Of a stretch of 64,000 nt of DNA, positions 54,010-62,957 are shown piece after piece. Location of the stretch: NCBI GenBank assembly GCA_945903265.1, contig CAMDNQ010000007.1, forward strand, positions 26,111 through 90,110, given 5' to 3'. The position numbers and the translations under genes are program-made. Source of the DNA: Candidatus Sulfopaludibacter sp. SbA3. Its GTDB lineage: Bacteria; Acidobacteriota; Vicinamibacteria; Vicinamibacterales; UBA2999. The first letter of the stretch is position 1. Each line of letters opens with the position of its first letter. Below the pieces are notes generated by a model. It was not told the DNA's origin. It did not search any database and saw only the letters and a program-made list of their open reading frames with translations.

Positions 54010-56256
54010 ATGCATTCATTCCGTACGGCCGCGTTCACCGCGGCAGCTCTGTGTTTCGCCGGGTCGTTTACGGTTGCGCACGCCCAGACCAACGCCGAAG
54101 CCGCTGCCAGGCGCGTCCAGGCCGTGCGGGTGCCGAACGGCTCGATCACCGTTGATGGCAGGCTCGACGAGGGTGTCTGGGCGCAGGGCGACGCCGCGGG
54201 CGACTTCGTCCAGATGCAGCCGGTTGAAGGCGCTCCGGCGACGGCAGCACATCGTTCGGAAGTGCGGTTTCGTTACGACGACGAAAACCTGTACGTCGGC
54301 GCCACGTTCTTCGAGGACGAGCCAGACAGACTGGTGACCAACGACCTGAAGCGCGACTTCCCAGGCGCCCGCGACGGCGACCTCTACGTTCTGATTCTCG
54401 ATACGTTTCACGATCGCCTCAACGCCTATAACTTCCAGACCAATCCCGGCTGCGCCCTTCGCGACTCGCAGTCGTACGACGACGGACGCAGCGTCAACGC
54501 AAACTGGGACACGGTCTGGTTCTGCGAGTCGTCTGTCGACGAGAAGGCGTGGTACGTCGAGGAAGCCATCCCCTTCAAGCAGCTGCGCTTCCCCAAGGGC
54601 AGCGAGCAGACATGGGGGGTCAACGTCTTCCGGCTGATCCGCCACACGAACGAGCAGACCGTGTGGAACCAGATCCCGCGGCAGTTCAACCAGTTCAAGA
54701 CGTCCTACGCCGGTGTGCTCGAGGGCATCAGCGGCGTCACTCCAGGCCGCAACATCCGCATCAAGCCGTTCGCGACGACGCAGGGGCGGAATGACGGGCG
54801 GAGGACGCTCGGCGACGCCGACGGCGGCCTCGACGTCAAAGTCGGCCTCGGCACGAACCTGGTGCTCGACGCGACGTGGCGCACCGATTTCTCGCAGGTG
54901 GAGGCAGACGCGCAGCAGGTCAATCTGACCCGCTTCAGCCTGTTCTTCCCCGAGAAGCGGGAGTTCTTCCTCGAGAACCAGGGCGCACTGCAGATCGGCC
55001 CGCCGACCGGCTTCGGCGGACGCAACGTGAACTTCGTCCCCTTCTTCAGCCGCACCATTGGACTCAGCGAGCAAGGGACGCCTATCCCCGTCGTAGGAGG
55101 GCTGCGGCTGACCGGCAAGGTGGGCCGGAACACGATCGGCATCATGAACATGCAGGTCGATCGCGAGGAGCGTCCGGCCGGCCTCGGTTTTCTGCCATCG
55201 GCCAACTACTCGGTCTTCCGGTACGGCCGGGAGTTCATGAGCAACTCCTCGGTGGGCCTGTTCTTCCTCGACAAGGAGCGCGGCACCGCGTCCAATCGTC
55301 TCGGCGGCGCCGACCTGAAGTTCTACCCGATGCGGACGATGAACATCGACGCGCTCTACATGCGGTCCCAGCACACCGCGACCGACGACGGCACAGCGTG
55401 GCGCGCCGGGTTTCAATACGACCCTGGCCTGACGATCTATACGGTGAACTACACGTCGCTCGGCCAGACATTCAGGAATGAACTCGGATTCATCCCGCGG
55501 CAAGGCGTCGACATCCTCACGGGCAGCGTGCTCCACCGGTTCAGGCCGCGCGTGCTGGCGCCACGGATTCGCGAGATCCGCGCCGAGCTGCCGTACTCCC
55601 GCTTCGATCGCAACGCGATCAATCCGCTCACCGGACACGCCCTTGGCCTGGAGACCGAGACGGTGTCCCCGGTCATCACGGCAGAATTTTCCGATTCGTC
55701 GAACGTCAGCTTCCAGACGGTGAGAAACCTCGAAGTGCTCTCGACGCCGTTCCGGCCGCAGGGGATTCCCACCGGCCGCACGATTCCGGTTGGCGAGCAC
55801 ACGTTCTACGCCAACGAGCTGTCCTATGACCCGACCAATGCGCGGCGTTTTGCGCCGGCCGGCAGCGTCCGGTTCGGGGAGTTCTACAACGGGGAACGCG
55901 TCGGCTACACGGCGGGGATGCGCGTCCGGGCCAGCGAGAAGCTGGCGGCGACCGTGAGCTTCAGCCGGGACAACATCGATTTGCCTGAAGGCGTGTCGTT
56001 CAATACGGACCTCGCGTCGCTGCGTGTCGACGCGTCGTTCTCGACGCGGATGTTCCTGAACGCGTACATCCAGTACAACAGTGTGACGCGCCAGTGGCTG
56101 TCGAACATCCGGTTCGACTTCATCCACCACCCCCTCAGCGACATCTTCATCGTGTACAACGATACGCGGTACCAGGACGGGCTCTCGCCCGCGCGAACCA
56201 CACAAGTGCCGACACGGGCGCTCATCCTGAAGGTGACGCACCTCTTCAGCTTTTAG
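54010..56256 (+). CDS. DUF5916 / CBM9-like domain outer-membrane-associated protein
   Basis: Signal peptide. ITVDGRLDEGVWAQ...FVQMQP...DDENLYVGA...DTFHDRLNAYNFQTNP is typical of the family. Ends LKVTHLFSF. Confidence 0.7.
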   Translation: MHSFRTAAFTAAALCFAGSFTVAHAQTNAEAAARRVQAVRVPNGSITVDGRLDEGVWAQGDAAGDFVQMQPVEGAPATAAHRSEVRFRYDDENLYVGATFFEDEPDRLVTNDLKRDFPGARDGDLYVLILDTFHDRLNAYNFQTNPGCALRDSQSYDDGRSVNANWDTVWFCESSVDEKAWYVEEAIPFKQLRFPKGSEQTWGVNVFRLIRHTNEQTVWNQIPRQFNQFKTSYAGVLEGISGVTPGRNIRIKPFATTQGRNDGRRTLGDADGGLDVKVGLGTNLVLDATWRTDFSQVEADAQQVNLTRFSLFFPEKREFFLENQGALQIGPPTGFGGRNVNFVPFFSRTIGLSEQGTPIPVVGGLRLTGKVGRNTIGIMNMQVDREERPAGLGFLPSANYSVFRYGREFMSNSSVGLFFLDKERGTASNRLGGADLKFYPMRTMNIDALYMRSQHTATDDGTAWRAGFQYDPGLTIYTVNYTSLGQTFRNELGFIPRQGVDILTGSVLHRFRPRVLAPRIREIRAELPYSRFDRNAINPLTGHALGLETETVSPVITAEFSDSSNVSFQTVRNLEVLSTPFRPQGIPTGRTIPVGEHTFYANELSYDPTNARRFAPAGSVRFGEFYNGERVGYTAGMRVRASEKLAATVSFSRDNIDLPEGVSFNTDLASLRVDASFSTRMFLNAYIQYNSVTRQWLSNIRFDFIHHPLSDIFIVYNDTRYQDGLSPARTTQVPTRALILKVTHLFSF

Positions 56257-56277
56257 GGGTCCCTCCGTTTGGAGCCT

Positions 56278-56345
56278 CCGTTGGAGGGGACGGAGGGAAC
56301 GGGACGAGATCACAGGAGGAACGGGGAAACGGAGGGGAACGGAGA
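56278..56345. repeat. left arm of ~68-bp inverted repeat flanking the GxxExxY gene
   Basis: The core 56278-56324 equals the reverse complement of 56905-56951 at 46/47 positions. The outer approximately 20 nt are imperfectly conserved. Built from CGGAG/CTCCG units. Confidence 0.85.
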
Positions 56346-56349
56346 TTAG

Positions 56350-56772
56350 TCAGGTTGAAACGGAGCTGGCGGAGTTAGCGGCGTGACGCGGGTTGATGAC
56401 GCGTTTCACGCCTTCGACGAGCTTCGGGACATTGAAGTTGATCAACAAGCCGGCAGGACAGCCGGTCAGTCCTACATAAGTCAGAAGCTGCGCCTGGTGG
56501 ACCGGCACTAGACGTTCCACAGATTTAATCTCGACGACGACCGTATCTTCCACAATCAGATCGACGCGGTACCCGCCCTCGAGCAAACTTCCTTTATAGA
56601 CAATCGGGATAAGCCGCTCGGTCGTATAGCGCAGCTGGCGATCCGTTAGCTCGAATTTCAGACAGGACGAATACGTGGATTCGAGAAGGCCTGGGCCTAG
56701 CGCGCGGTGGACATCGATTGCGGCTGAAATGATCTGGCTGGTGAGCGCGTTGAAGGGGGCGTCGGTAAGCAT
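56350..56772 (-). CDS. GxxExxY protein (PD-(D/E)XK nuclease-like, TIGR04256)
   Basis: IISAAIDVHRALGPGLLESTYSSCLKFEL (GxxExxY motif) and YRVDLIVEDTVVVEIKS. Confidence 0.85.
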   Translation of the reverse strand: MLTDAPFNALTSQIISAAIDVHRALGPGLLESTYSSCLKFELTDRQLRYTTERLIPIVYKGSLLEGGYRVDLIVEDTVVVEIKSVERLVPVHQAQLLTYVGLTGCPAGLLINFNVPKLVEGVKRVINPRHAANSASSVST

Positions 56773-56883
56773 CCGCTGCTGAACAGCAAACGTGCGACCG
56801 CGGCGATTCTGTCGTGTTTCGGCGGCTTATGGACCGAAGTGCGCAGAAACGTCGTCCGTGGAACGGCGAAGAGTACGACAAAC

Positions 56884-56951
56884 TCTCCGTTCTCCTCCGT
56901 TACTCCGTTCCTCCTGTGATCTCGTCCCGTTCCCTCCGCCCCCTCCAACGG
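56884..56951. repeat. right arm of ~68-bp inverted repeat flanking the GxxExxY gene
   Basis: See the left arm. ccgttcctcctgtgatctcgtcccgttccctccgccccctccaacgg lies at 56905-56951. Confidence 0.85.
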
Positions 56952-56977
56952 AGCGACGGGGTTAAGGGGCTCTCTGC

Positions 56978-57667
56978 CTACTGCGCGTATTTCTGCAGCG
57001 CCTCGATCCATGCCGGCACCGGCGCGGGCAAGCCTGGCGCCGGCCCGAAGATGATCTGCTTGGTGTCGAGCGGCGTGCCGTAGAACCGCTGGTTCGCGTC
57101 GCGATCCTGCCGTATCGTGCTGCCGTTGACCGTGACACCGGCGAAGAGCCCGCGCGAGCGTGAGTAGCTGAGAATCTGCGCCCGCAGCTGCAGGTCGGTT
57201 GAGGCCTGGGCGTCGCGTCCGACCGGCCCTGCGGCCACCGCCGCGTCGACTCCCAGCTTGAACTGGTTGGACACGAGCGTCTCGAGGCCGCGGGGATCGA
57301 TGATCACGAGCACCAGATCCGCTGCCTGCCCGCCAATCTGCAGTCCAATGCTCCCGCCGGTCAGCGTCATGAACGCCGGCGCGGACCATGAGGCCCCGTC
57401 GCGCGCGCTGATGACGCCGCGGCCGCGCATGCCGCCGACGATGAACCCGGCTTTGACGGTGTTGGGAAAGATCGCAATGCCGGCCGCCTTGCCCATGATC
57501 GAGCGCGGGATGGCCTGATCCTCAGCCGACATGATCTCGCCGAAGACCGTCGCCGATTCCTGAACGCGCTTCGCTTCGTCTGATGGCTGCTGAGCTCGGA
57601 CCGACGGTCCCGCAGCAATAAGAAGCGCCACGGCGCCGGCCGCGGCCCAGATTCGATTGATTGTCAT
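56978..57667 (-). CDS. SYLF (DUF500/Ysc84-like) lipid-binding domain protein, secreted
   Basis: Signal peptide. GIAIFPNTVKAGFIVGGMRGRGV, GGSIGLQIGGQ and YSRSRGLFAGV motifs. Confidence 0.78.
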   Translation of the reverse strand: MTINRIWAAAGAVALLIAAGPSVRAQQPSDEAKRVQESATVFGEIMSAEDQAIPRSIMGKAAGIAIFPNTVKAGFIVGGMRGRGVISARDGASWSAPAFMTLTGGSIGLQIGGQAADLVLVIIDPRGLETLVSNQFKLGVDAAVAAGPVGRDAQASTDLQLRAQILSYSRSRGLFAGVTVNGSTIRQDRDANQRFYGTPLDTKQIIFGPAPGLPAPVPAWIEALQKYAQ

Positions 57668-57670
57668 GAA

Positions 57671-58930
57671 CTAGATGATAGCGGGAGCGCCCTGGCGGAA
57701 GTCGCCGCCGAGCAGCGAGACGGAATTCGCGCCAAGCCATCCGTCGAGGATGCGCGAGTAGACGGCGCGGAAGTCGGTCTCGTAGCGCACGTCGTTGCCC
57801 GCGTTCTCGAGCGTCGGATTGGCCGCATTCGGATCGAGCGATGCCGCGGTCCCGTAGATGCCTCCGCGGACACCGCCACCCATCGCCATCATGACCCCCG
57901 CGGCGCCGTGATCGGTACCCTGGCTGCCGTTTTCGCTGATGCGACGGCCGAACTCGGAGAACTGCAGGACGAGCGTGTCGTTGAGCAAGCCCTGGTTGCG
58001 GAGGTCCGTGTAGAACGCGGAGAGGCCGTCGCTGAACGTGCCCATGAGATTCGCGTACGAGCCGCCTCCGGCGTTCCCCTGGCCCGCGTGCGTATCGAAT
58101 CCACCAGTCTGCACCCAGTAGACCTTCGTGCCGATCCCGCGGACCATCGAGCCGGCGACCGTGCGCAGCGCGAGCGCAAAGCCGTTGTTGGGATATGCCA
58201 CGGACGGGGCGTACGTATTGACCGTTCCGACGCGATCCAGCGTGTCGAGCGCGCCCTTGATCGAACCGTTGACGAACGAGAGATGCGGGCGGTTCACCGA
58301 CACGTGCGACGCGATGCGGGTGGCCGCGGTCCGTTCGTTGAGCGCCTCGGCGCCGCTGTTCGGGCTCGAGAGGCTGTACGTGCGGGCGTCGGGAATTGCC
58401 GGCACCGAAACGAGACGCGATATCAGGGCGCGCGGGGTTTCACGCGTCGCGTTCCACCCCGCCAGCGCGTCGACCGGCGACGGCAGTGTGTCGAGGTAGC
58501 GTCCCAGCCAGCCTACGCCGGTAGGCGCATTGGGGTCGGCGGTGCCGTAAATGTCGAGCCCCTGGAAGTGCGAACGGCTGGAGTTCGTGTATCCGGTGCG
58601 CTGGATGACCGCGAGACGTCCCTCGTTGAAGATGTCCCGGAGGCCCGTCATCCGCGGATGAAGACCGAGCGTCTTGCCGGTCCGATCGCTGCCGATCTGC
58701 AGCACCTGTCCCGCCGGAATCGCAATCGCCGGGCGGCGGCTGTAATAGAACGGATCCTGATACGGGATGACCGTACTGAGCGCATCGTTGCCGCCGCTCA
58801 GATAGACGACGACCAGGTTGCGGCCGCGAACACCCTGCGCCAGCGCGAGATCGCTGAGGAACGCGGGCGCGGCAAAGCTGACGGTGAACGCCGCGACGCC
58901 GTCACGAATGAAGTCTCGTCGCGTAATCAC
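57671..58930 (-). CDS. DUF1501 (sulfatase-like) protein with Tat signal
   Basis: ITRRDFIRDG Tat motif. GGFDTHA motif. I chose the GTG start at 58930, which has GAGGA 5 nt upstream and no overlap. The track start is TTG 58969. Confidence 0.78.
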   Translation of the reverse strand: MITRRDFIRDGVAAFTVSFAAPAFLSDLALAQGVRGRNLVVVYLSGGNDALSTVIPYQDPFYYSRRPAIAIPAGQVLQIGSDRTGKTLGLHPRMTGLRDIFNEGRLAVIQRTGYTNSSRSHFQGLDIYGTADPNAPTGVGWLGRYLDTLPSPVDALAGWNATRETPRALISRLVSVPAIPDARTYSLSSPNSGAEALNERTAATRIASHVSVNRPHLSFVNGSIKGALDTLDRVGTVNTYAPSVAYPNNGFALALRTVAGSMVRGIGTKVYWVQTGGFDTHAGQGNAGGGSYANLMGTFSDGLSAFYTDLRNQGLLNDTLVLQFSEFGRRISENGSQGTDHGAAGVMMAMGGGVRGGIYGTAASLDPNAANPTLENAGNDVRYETDFRAVYSRILDGWLGANSVSLLGGDFRQGAPAII

Positions 58931-58937
58931 GGCATCC

Positions 58938-60410
58938 TCAAATGAACTGGTACTCGGCAGCGCCGACAATCAGCCTGACGAGTCCCGCGACTTTCGCATT
59001 CACCTGCGCGTCCGATCCGGTCCATTGCGCGATGCCGGCGCGCGCATAACTCTGCAGCTCCCGGTACGGCGCGAACTCGAACGCCGCCGGCGTGAGCTTC
59101 TCCAGCAGGAACCAGTCGAGCAGGGTATCGGGGGACGAGCGCACCCCGCCCACCGCCCGGGCTACATTGAAGCGCTGGTTCGACGCGAGCGAGGCGGCGA
59201 AATTCATTCGCGCGAGCATGGCCCCGGTCGAAAACCATCCGAGACCCAGCTCCCAGCCGTTGACGTCCGGCGGCTCGAAGAGCGTCTGTCCCATGTTGGT
59301 GAGCGGCGTCCGGACGCTGTCGATGGAGAAGCCGGTCCAGCCGACTTCGCGAATCGATCGAATGACGAATTCAGCCGGCCAGGAGTAACGCCCGAACCAG
59401 CGATCGGGATGGGTGAACCACCGGGATTGGAGGATGAAGCGCACGAGGGGCTTCATCTCCGTGTTGCCGCGCAGGTACTCGGTCGCGACGGCTTCGACGA
59501 ACGCCGGGTCTGGCGCCTCGAGCTCACTGACGAAAAAATTCCACAGCTTGCGGGCCAGCCGTCGCGCGGTTTCCGGATGGGTCGCCAGCGCCGTGATCAG
59601 GTCGATCCCGTCCTGCATGCCATCGGCCGCCGCGCGCGCGGGAATCGTCCTGCTGCCGCTGGAAGACACCGGGAACGTAAACGTCTTCTCGGTCGGGTCG
59701 TGCTGCGCGGCGTTGTAGAAAAATTCGTAATAGGTGTTCGGGTCGTCGTTGCGGCCACCGGCCGTCGCGAGCCGAAGGTTCCAGCCGGTAAACACACGCG
59801 CCGCCGCGTAGACGTCCGCCTCGGTGTAATTGCCGACGCCAAACGTGAAGAGCTCCATGATCTCGCGGCCGAAGTTTTCCTGCGGGCGCGCACGGACGTT
59901 CGTGCGGCCGTCGAGCCAGACCACCATCGCGGGATCTTTCGCCACTTCGACGAGGAGGTTGCGGAAGTTACCGAGTGCAAACTGACGGAACAGCTCGATC
60001 TGCCCCTGCGGGCCTGGCAGCTCGCCCGACTTGAGCGCCATCATCTTCGTCGCCTGCACGGCGCCATAGACGCCAGCGATCTTGCTGTACGCCGTCGCGA
60101 AATGGTTGTGCCAGAAGAGCGCCATCTTTTCCTGGAGCGGACGCTCCGAGTGCGCCATCCGGAACAGCCACCGCTGCCGCGCGTGATCGATGTTGGTGTT
60201 GGGCGAGAACGCGCCACCACTCTGCACGACACCGACATAGTCGGCATTGCCGATCTTCGCGTCGACGTCGTCCGCCTGGCGCTCGTAGTTCACCAGGTGA
60301 TCGACGACCGCCGCCGGCGAGACGGTGGCAAAACGCGCGAGATCGGCCGCACTCGGGCCGAACCCCCCGCGCCGGAGCACATGCTCGACGGGCCAGTTCT
60401 CTCTAGGCAT
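58938..60410 (-). CDS. DUF1800 family protein
   Basis: HVLRRGGFGPS and EKMALFWHNHFATA are typical of DUF1800. Canonical pairing with the downstream DUF1501 gene. Confidence 0.78.
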   Translation of the reverse strand: MPRENWPVEHVLRRGGFGPSAADLARFATVSPAAVVDHLVNYERQADDVDAKIGNADYVGVVQSGGAFSPNTNIDHARQRWLFRMAHSERPLQEKMALFWHNHFATAYSKIAGVYGAVQATKMMALKSGELPGPQGQIELFRQFALGNFRNLLVEVAKDPAMVVWLDGRTNVRARPQENFGREIMELFTFGVGNYTEADVYAAARVFTGWNLRLATAGGRNDDPNTYYEFFYNAAQHDPTEKTFTFPVSSSGSRTIPARAAADGMQDGIDLITALATHPETARRLARKLWNFFVSELEAPDPAFVEAVATEYLRGNTEMKPLVRFILQSRWFTHPDRWFGRYSWPAEFVIRSIREVGWTGFSIDSVRTPLTNMGQTLFEPPDVNGWELGLGWFSTGAMLARMNFAASLASNQRFNVARAVGGVRSSPDTLLDWFLLEKLTPAAFEFAPYRELQSYARAGIAQWTGSDAQVNAKVAGLVRLIVGAAEYQFI

Positions 60411-60703
60411 GGAATCTATGGAAGCTAGTCAATTGTATGCCTCGCATCGGCCGGGCCGCCGGTGAATTTTTGATGACCCCCCGGGCACTGCCAGTTTCGT
60501 GATCTGAAATACGATTGTGCAAGCGTGCGCACCCTGAATCTTCACCGGCAGGCCTGATCGTGGCCACACGAAAGCCCTCTCGCATCTCTCGCGCCACCTC
60601 ACGCCCCAGGCGCGCCAAGAAGAAAGCGCTTCCGGCGAGGCGCCGCATTGCGGCGCCACCCGCGGCCCGGCGTGCCGTCGTCGACAGCGGCCTTGCGCCA
60701 GGC

Positions 60704-61081
60704 ATGCAGGCCCTGAATACGTACCTGGCGGTGGCGAACGTCCACGCCTCGATCGAGTTTCTCGAGAAGGCGTTCGGGTTTTCTCGCGGGGTTGTCCTCA
60801 GCGACGCCGACGGAAAGGCGCGGTACGCCGAGATGCGCCACGGCAGTTCGGTCGTCATGTTGATTCGGAAGGGAGACGTCACCGCTGCGACGAGCGGCGC
60901 GTCCGCGCTGTATACCTACGTCGAGGATGTCGACCGCGCGCTCGCGCGGGCGCGCGATGCCGGTGCCGGCGTGGATCCCGCGGAAGACAAGCCGTGGGGC
61001 GATCGCGCAGGAACCGTCACGGATCCTGACGGCTACCGGTGGGTGCTGGCGACGTTCAAGAAGCTCGCCCCGTTTTCATAA
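60704..61081 (+). CDS. VOC/glyoxalase-family protein (PhnB-like)
   Basis: FLEKAFGF...YAEMRHG...WGDRAGTVTDPDGYRWVLAT. The start is uncertain: the ORF is open from TTG 60515, which would add a very basic 63-aa extension. Confidence 0.65.
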   Translation: MQALNTYLAVANVHASIEFLEKAFGFSRGVVLSDADGKARYAEMRHGSSVVMLIRKGDVTAATSGASALYTYVEDVDRALARARDAGAGVDPAEDKPWGDRAGTVTDPDGYRWVLATFKKLAPFS

Positions 61082-61098
61082 CCACCAACCACCAACCA

Positions 61099-62235
61099 CT
61101 AACTACCAACCAGCTTCCGGTAGCACTCCTCGTACATCGGGACCACGCGGTCGGCGCAGAAATCCACGCGCACGCGCAGGCAGGCCGCATCGGCTATCGC
61201 CCGGTGCCGCTCGGGATCGCGAAGCAGCATGATCGCGCTCGCCGCCATCTCCTCGATCGCATCGGGCGGATGCAGGTACCCGGTGACACCATGCTCGATG
61301 ACTTCGGGCAGGCCGCCCACATTCGATGCGACGACGGGCACCTCGCACGCCATCGCCTCGAGCGCCGCGAGACCGAAGCTCTCCTGCGCCGACGGGAGGA
61401 GAAACAGGTCGCTGATCGAAAGCAGCGGCACGATCTCTTCCTGCGCGCCGACGACGTCGATCAGATCCGTGATGCCGAGCTGGCGCGCAAGCCGCGACGC
61501 CTTGTCGAGGTCGGGCCCGTCTCCCACGAGCAGCAACCGGGCCGGCAGTGCCTGGCGGATGCGATCGAACACGGCGAGCACCGAGTCGACCCGCTTGACC
61601 GGACGGAAGTTCGAGACGTGGGTCACGATCTTCACGTTCGGATCGTTCCCGGTGAAGCGGCCGCGGAGCGACGGGATCGTCTGGCGCCGGTGCAGCGAGC
61701 AATCCAGGAAATTCGGGATCACCTCGATCTCCCTCGTCACGCCGAGCTCCGCGTACGTCGTCTGCCGCAGGCTCTCCGAGACCGCCGTCACGCCGTCGGA
61801 CTGCTCGATCGAGAACGCGACAATCTGCGAATACGACGGATCGTTGCCGATGAGGGTGATGTCCGTGCCGTGCAGTGTCGTCACGACGCGCGGCGTCGGG
61901 TGATGCCCGGATGCGAGGACCTGCCGCGACAGGAACGCCGCCGTCGCATGGGGCACGGCGTAGTGCGCGTGGATGATGTCGAGCCGGAATTCGCGGGCGA
62001 CCTGGACGATCCGGTTCGCGAGCGACAGCAGGTACTGCGGCTCACGGAAGAGCGGGTATGTCGGGGTCAGCACCTGGTGGAACGCCAGCCCGGCCTGGAA
62101 CTCGCCCAGGCGGAACGGCGTTTCGGTGCTGATGAAATGCACCTCGTGGCCGCGCCGGGCGAGCGCCTTCCCAAGCTCCGTGGCCACGATGCCGCTGCCT
62201 CCCACGGAGGCGTAGCAGACGATCCCGATGTTCAT
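61099..62235 (-). CDS. bshA: N-acetyl-alpha-D-glucosaminyl L-malate synthase (GT4)
   Basis: MNIGIVCYASVGGSGIVATELGKALARRGHEVHFI is highly characteristic of BshA. C-terminal GT4 E-x7-E region LPSAQESFGLAALEAMACEVPVV. Confidence 0.85.
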   Translation of the reverse strand: MNIGIVCYASVGGSGIVATELGKALARRGHEVHFISTETPFRLGEFQAGLAFHQVLTPTYPLFREPQYLLSLANRIVQVAREFRLDIIHAHYAVPHATAAFLSRQVLASGHHPTPRVVTTLHGTDITLIGNDPSYSQIVAFSIEQSDGVTAVSESLRQTTYAELGVTREIEVIPNFLDCSLHRRQTIPSLRGRFTGNDPNVKIVTHVSNFRPVKRVDSVLAVFDRIRQALPARLLLVGDGPDLDKASRLARQLGITDLIDVVGAQEEIVPLLSISDLFLLPSAQESFGLAALEAMACEVPVVASNVGGLPEVIEHGVTGYLHPPDAIEEMAASAIMLLRDPERHRAIADAACLRVRVDFCADRVVPMYEECYRKLVGS

Positions 62236-62957
62236 GCGCGAGCGCCGGGGGGGAGGAGATCGTCGCGCAGCAGCAGATGCCGCACGATAAACCCTTCGGC
62301 AAACTCGACGCCGGCCTGCGCGCCGAACTGGGCGTCGCGGCTTTCAATCAACTGGGCGAAGCGGCTCGACGTCAGGCGTGTGGCGACGGCGTCACGTGCG
62401 GACGGCGCGAACTGGGTCTTGTGACAGGCGAGCGCCCGCCGTTTCGTCTCGTAATGTTCGCTGACATCGACGACAAAGGACGGCGGGGCCGAGTCGTTGA
62501 TGAAGTAGTAGCAGACGGACTCGGCCTTCCACGCTTCCCCGGCAGCGGGAAATCGGCGCAAGCCGGCGCTGAACACGGCCTCGGTGAGCAGCTGGCTCGC
62601 TGCCGCATGGTCCGGATGGCGATCCGACCAGTACGGGAGGGCCACGACGCGCGGACGGGCGCCGCGCACCATCTCGGCCGCGACGCGCACGTGGGAGGGG
62701 TCGTGTCCGATCCCCCGGTCGGGCAGCCGGAGATTGACCCGCCAACTGGCGCCGAGCACCGTCGTCGCCGCCTCGGCCTCCGCCAGCCGCTCCTCGACGG
62801 TTCCATTGCTCCCCATTTCGCCGGCGGTCACGTCGCACAACCCCACTCGATGGCCGCGGGCGGCATGCTTCGCCAGCGTCGCGCCGATGCCGATTTCAAT
62901 GTCATCCGGGTGGGGACCGAACGCGAGGATGTCGACGGCGTCCTTCCCCGGGTTCAT
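62232..62957 (-). CDS. bshB1: N-acetyl-alpha-D-glucosaminyl L-malate deacetylase (LmbE/PIG-L family)
   Basis: DILAFGPHPDDIEIGIG, LCDVTAGEMGSNG and HPDH motifs. ATGA overlaps on both sides. The track start at 63149 was rejected in favour of ATG 62957. Confidence 0.82.
   Translation of the reverse strand: MNPGKDAVDILAFGPHPDDIEIGIGATLAKHAARGHRVGLCDVTAGEMGSNGTVEERLAEAEAATTVLGASWRVNLRLPDRGIGHDPSHVRVAAEMVRGARPRVVALPYWSDRHPDHAAASQLLTEAVFSAGLRRFPAAGEAWKAESVCYYFINDSAPPSFVVDVSEHYETKRRALACHKTQFAPSARDAVATRLTSSRFAQLIESRDAQFGAQAGVEFAEGFIVRHLLLRDDLLPPGARA

Noticed and set aside
54016-56313. 765-aa minus-strand ORF, the longest ORF in this region
   Set aside because: It is an Arg/Gly/Pro/Asp-rich antisense shadow of the plus-strand DUF5916 gene. 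The DUF5916 gene has a signal peptide and recognisable family motifs. The minus ORF has no motif I recognise.
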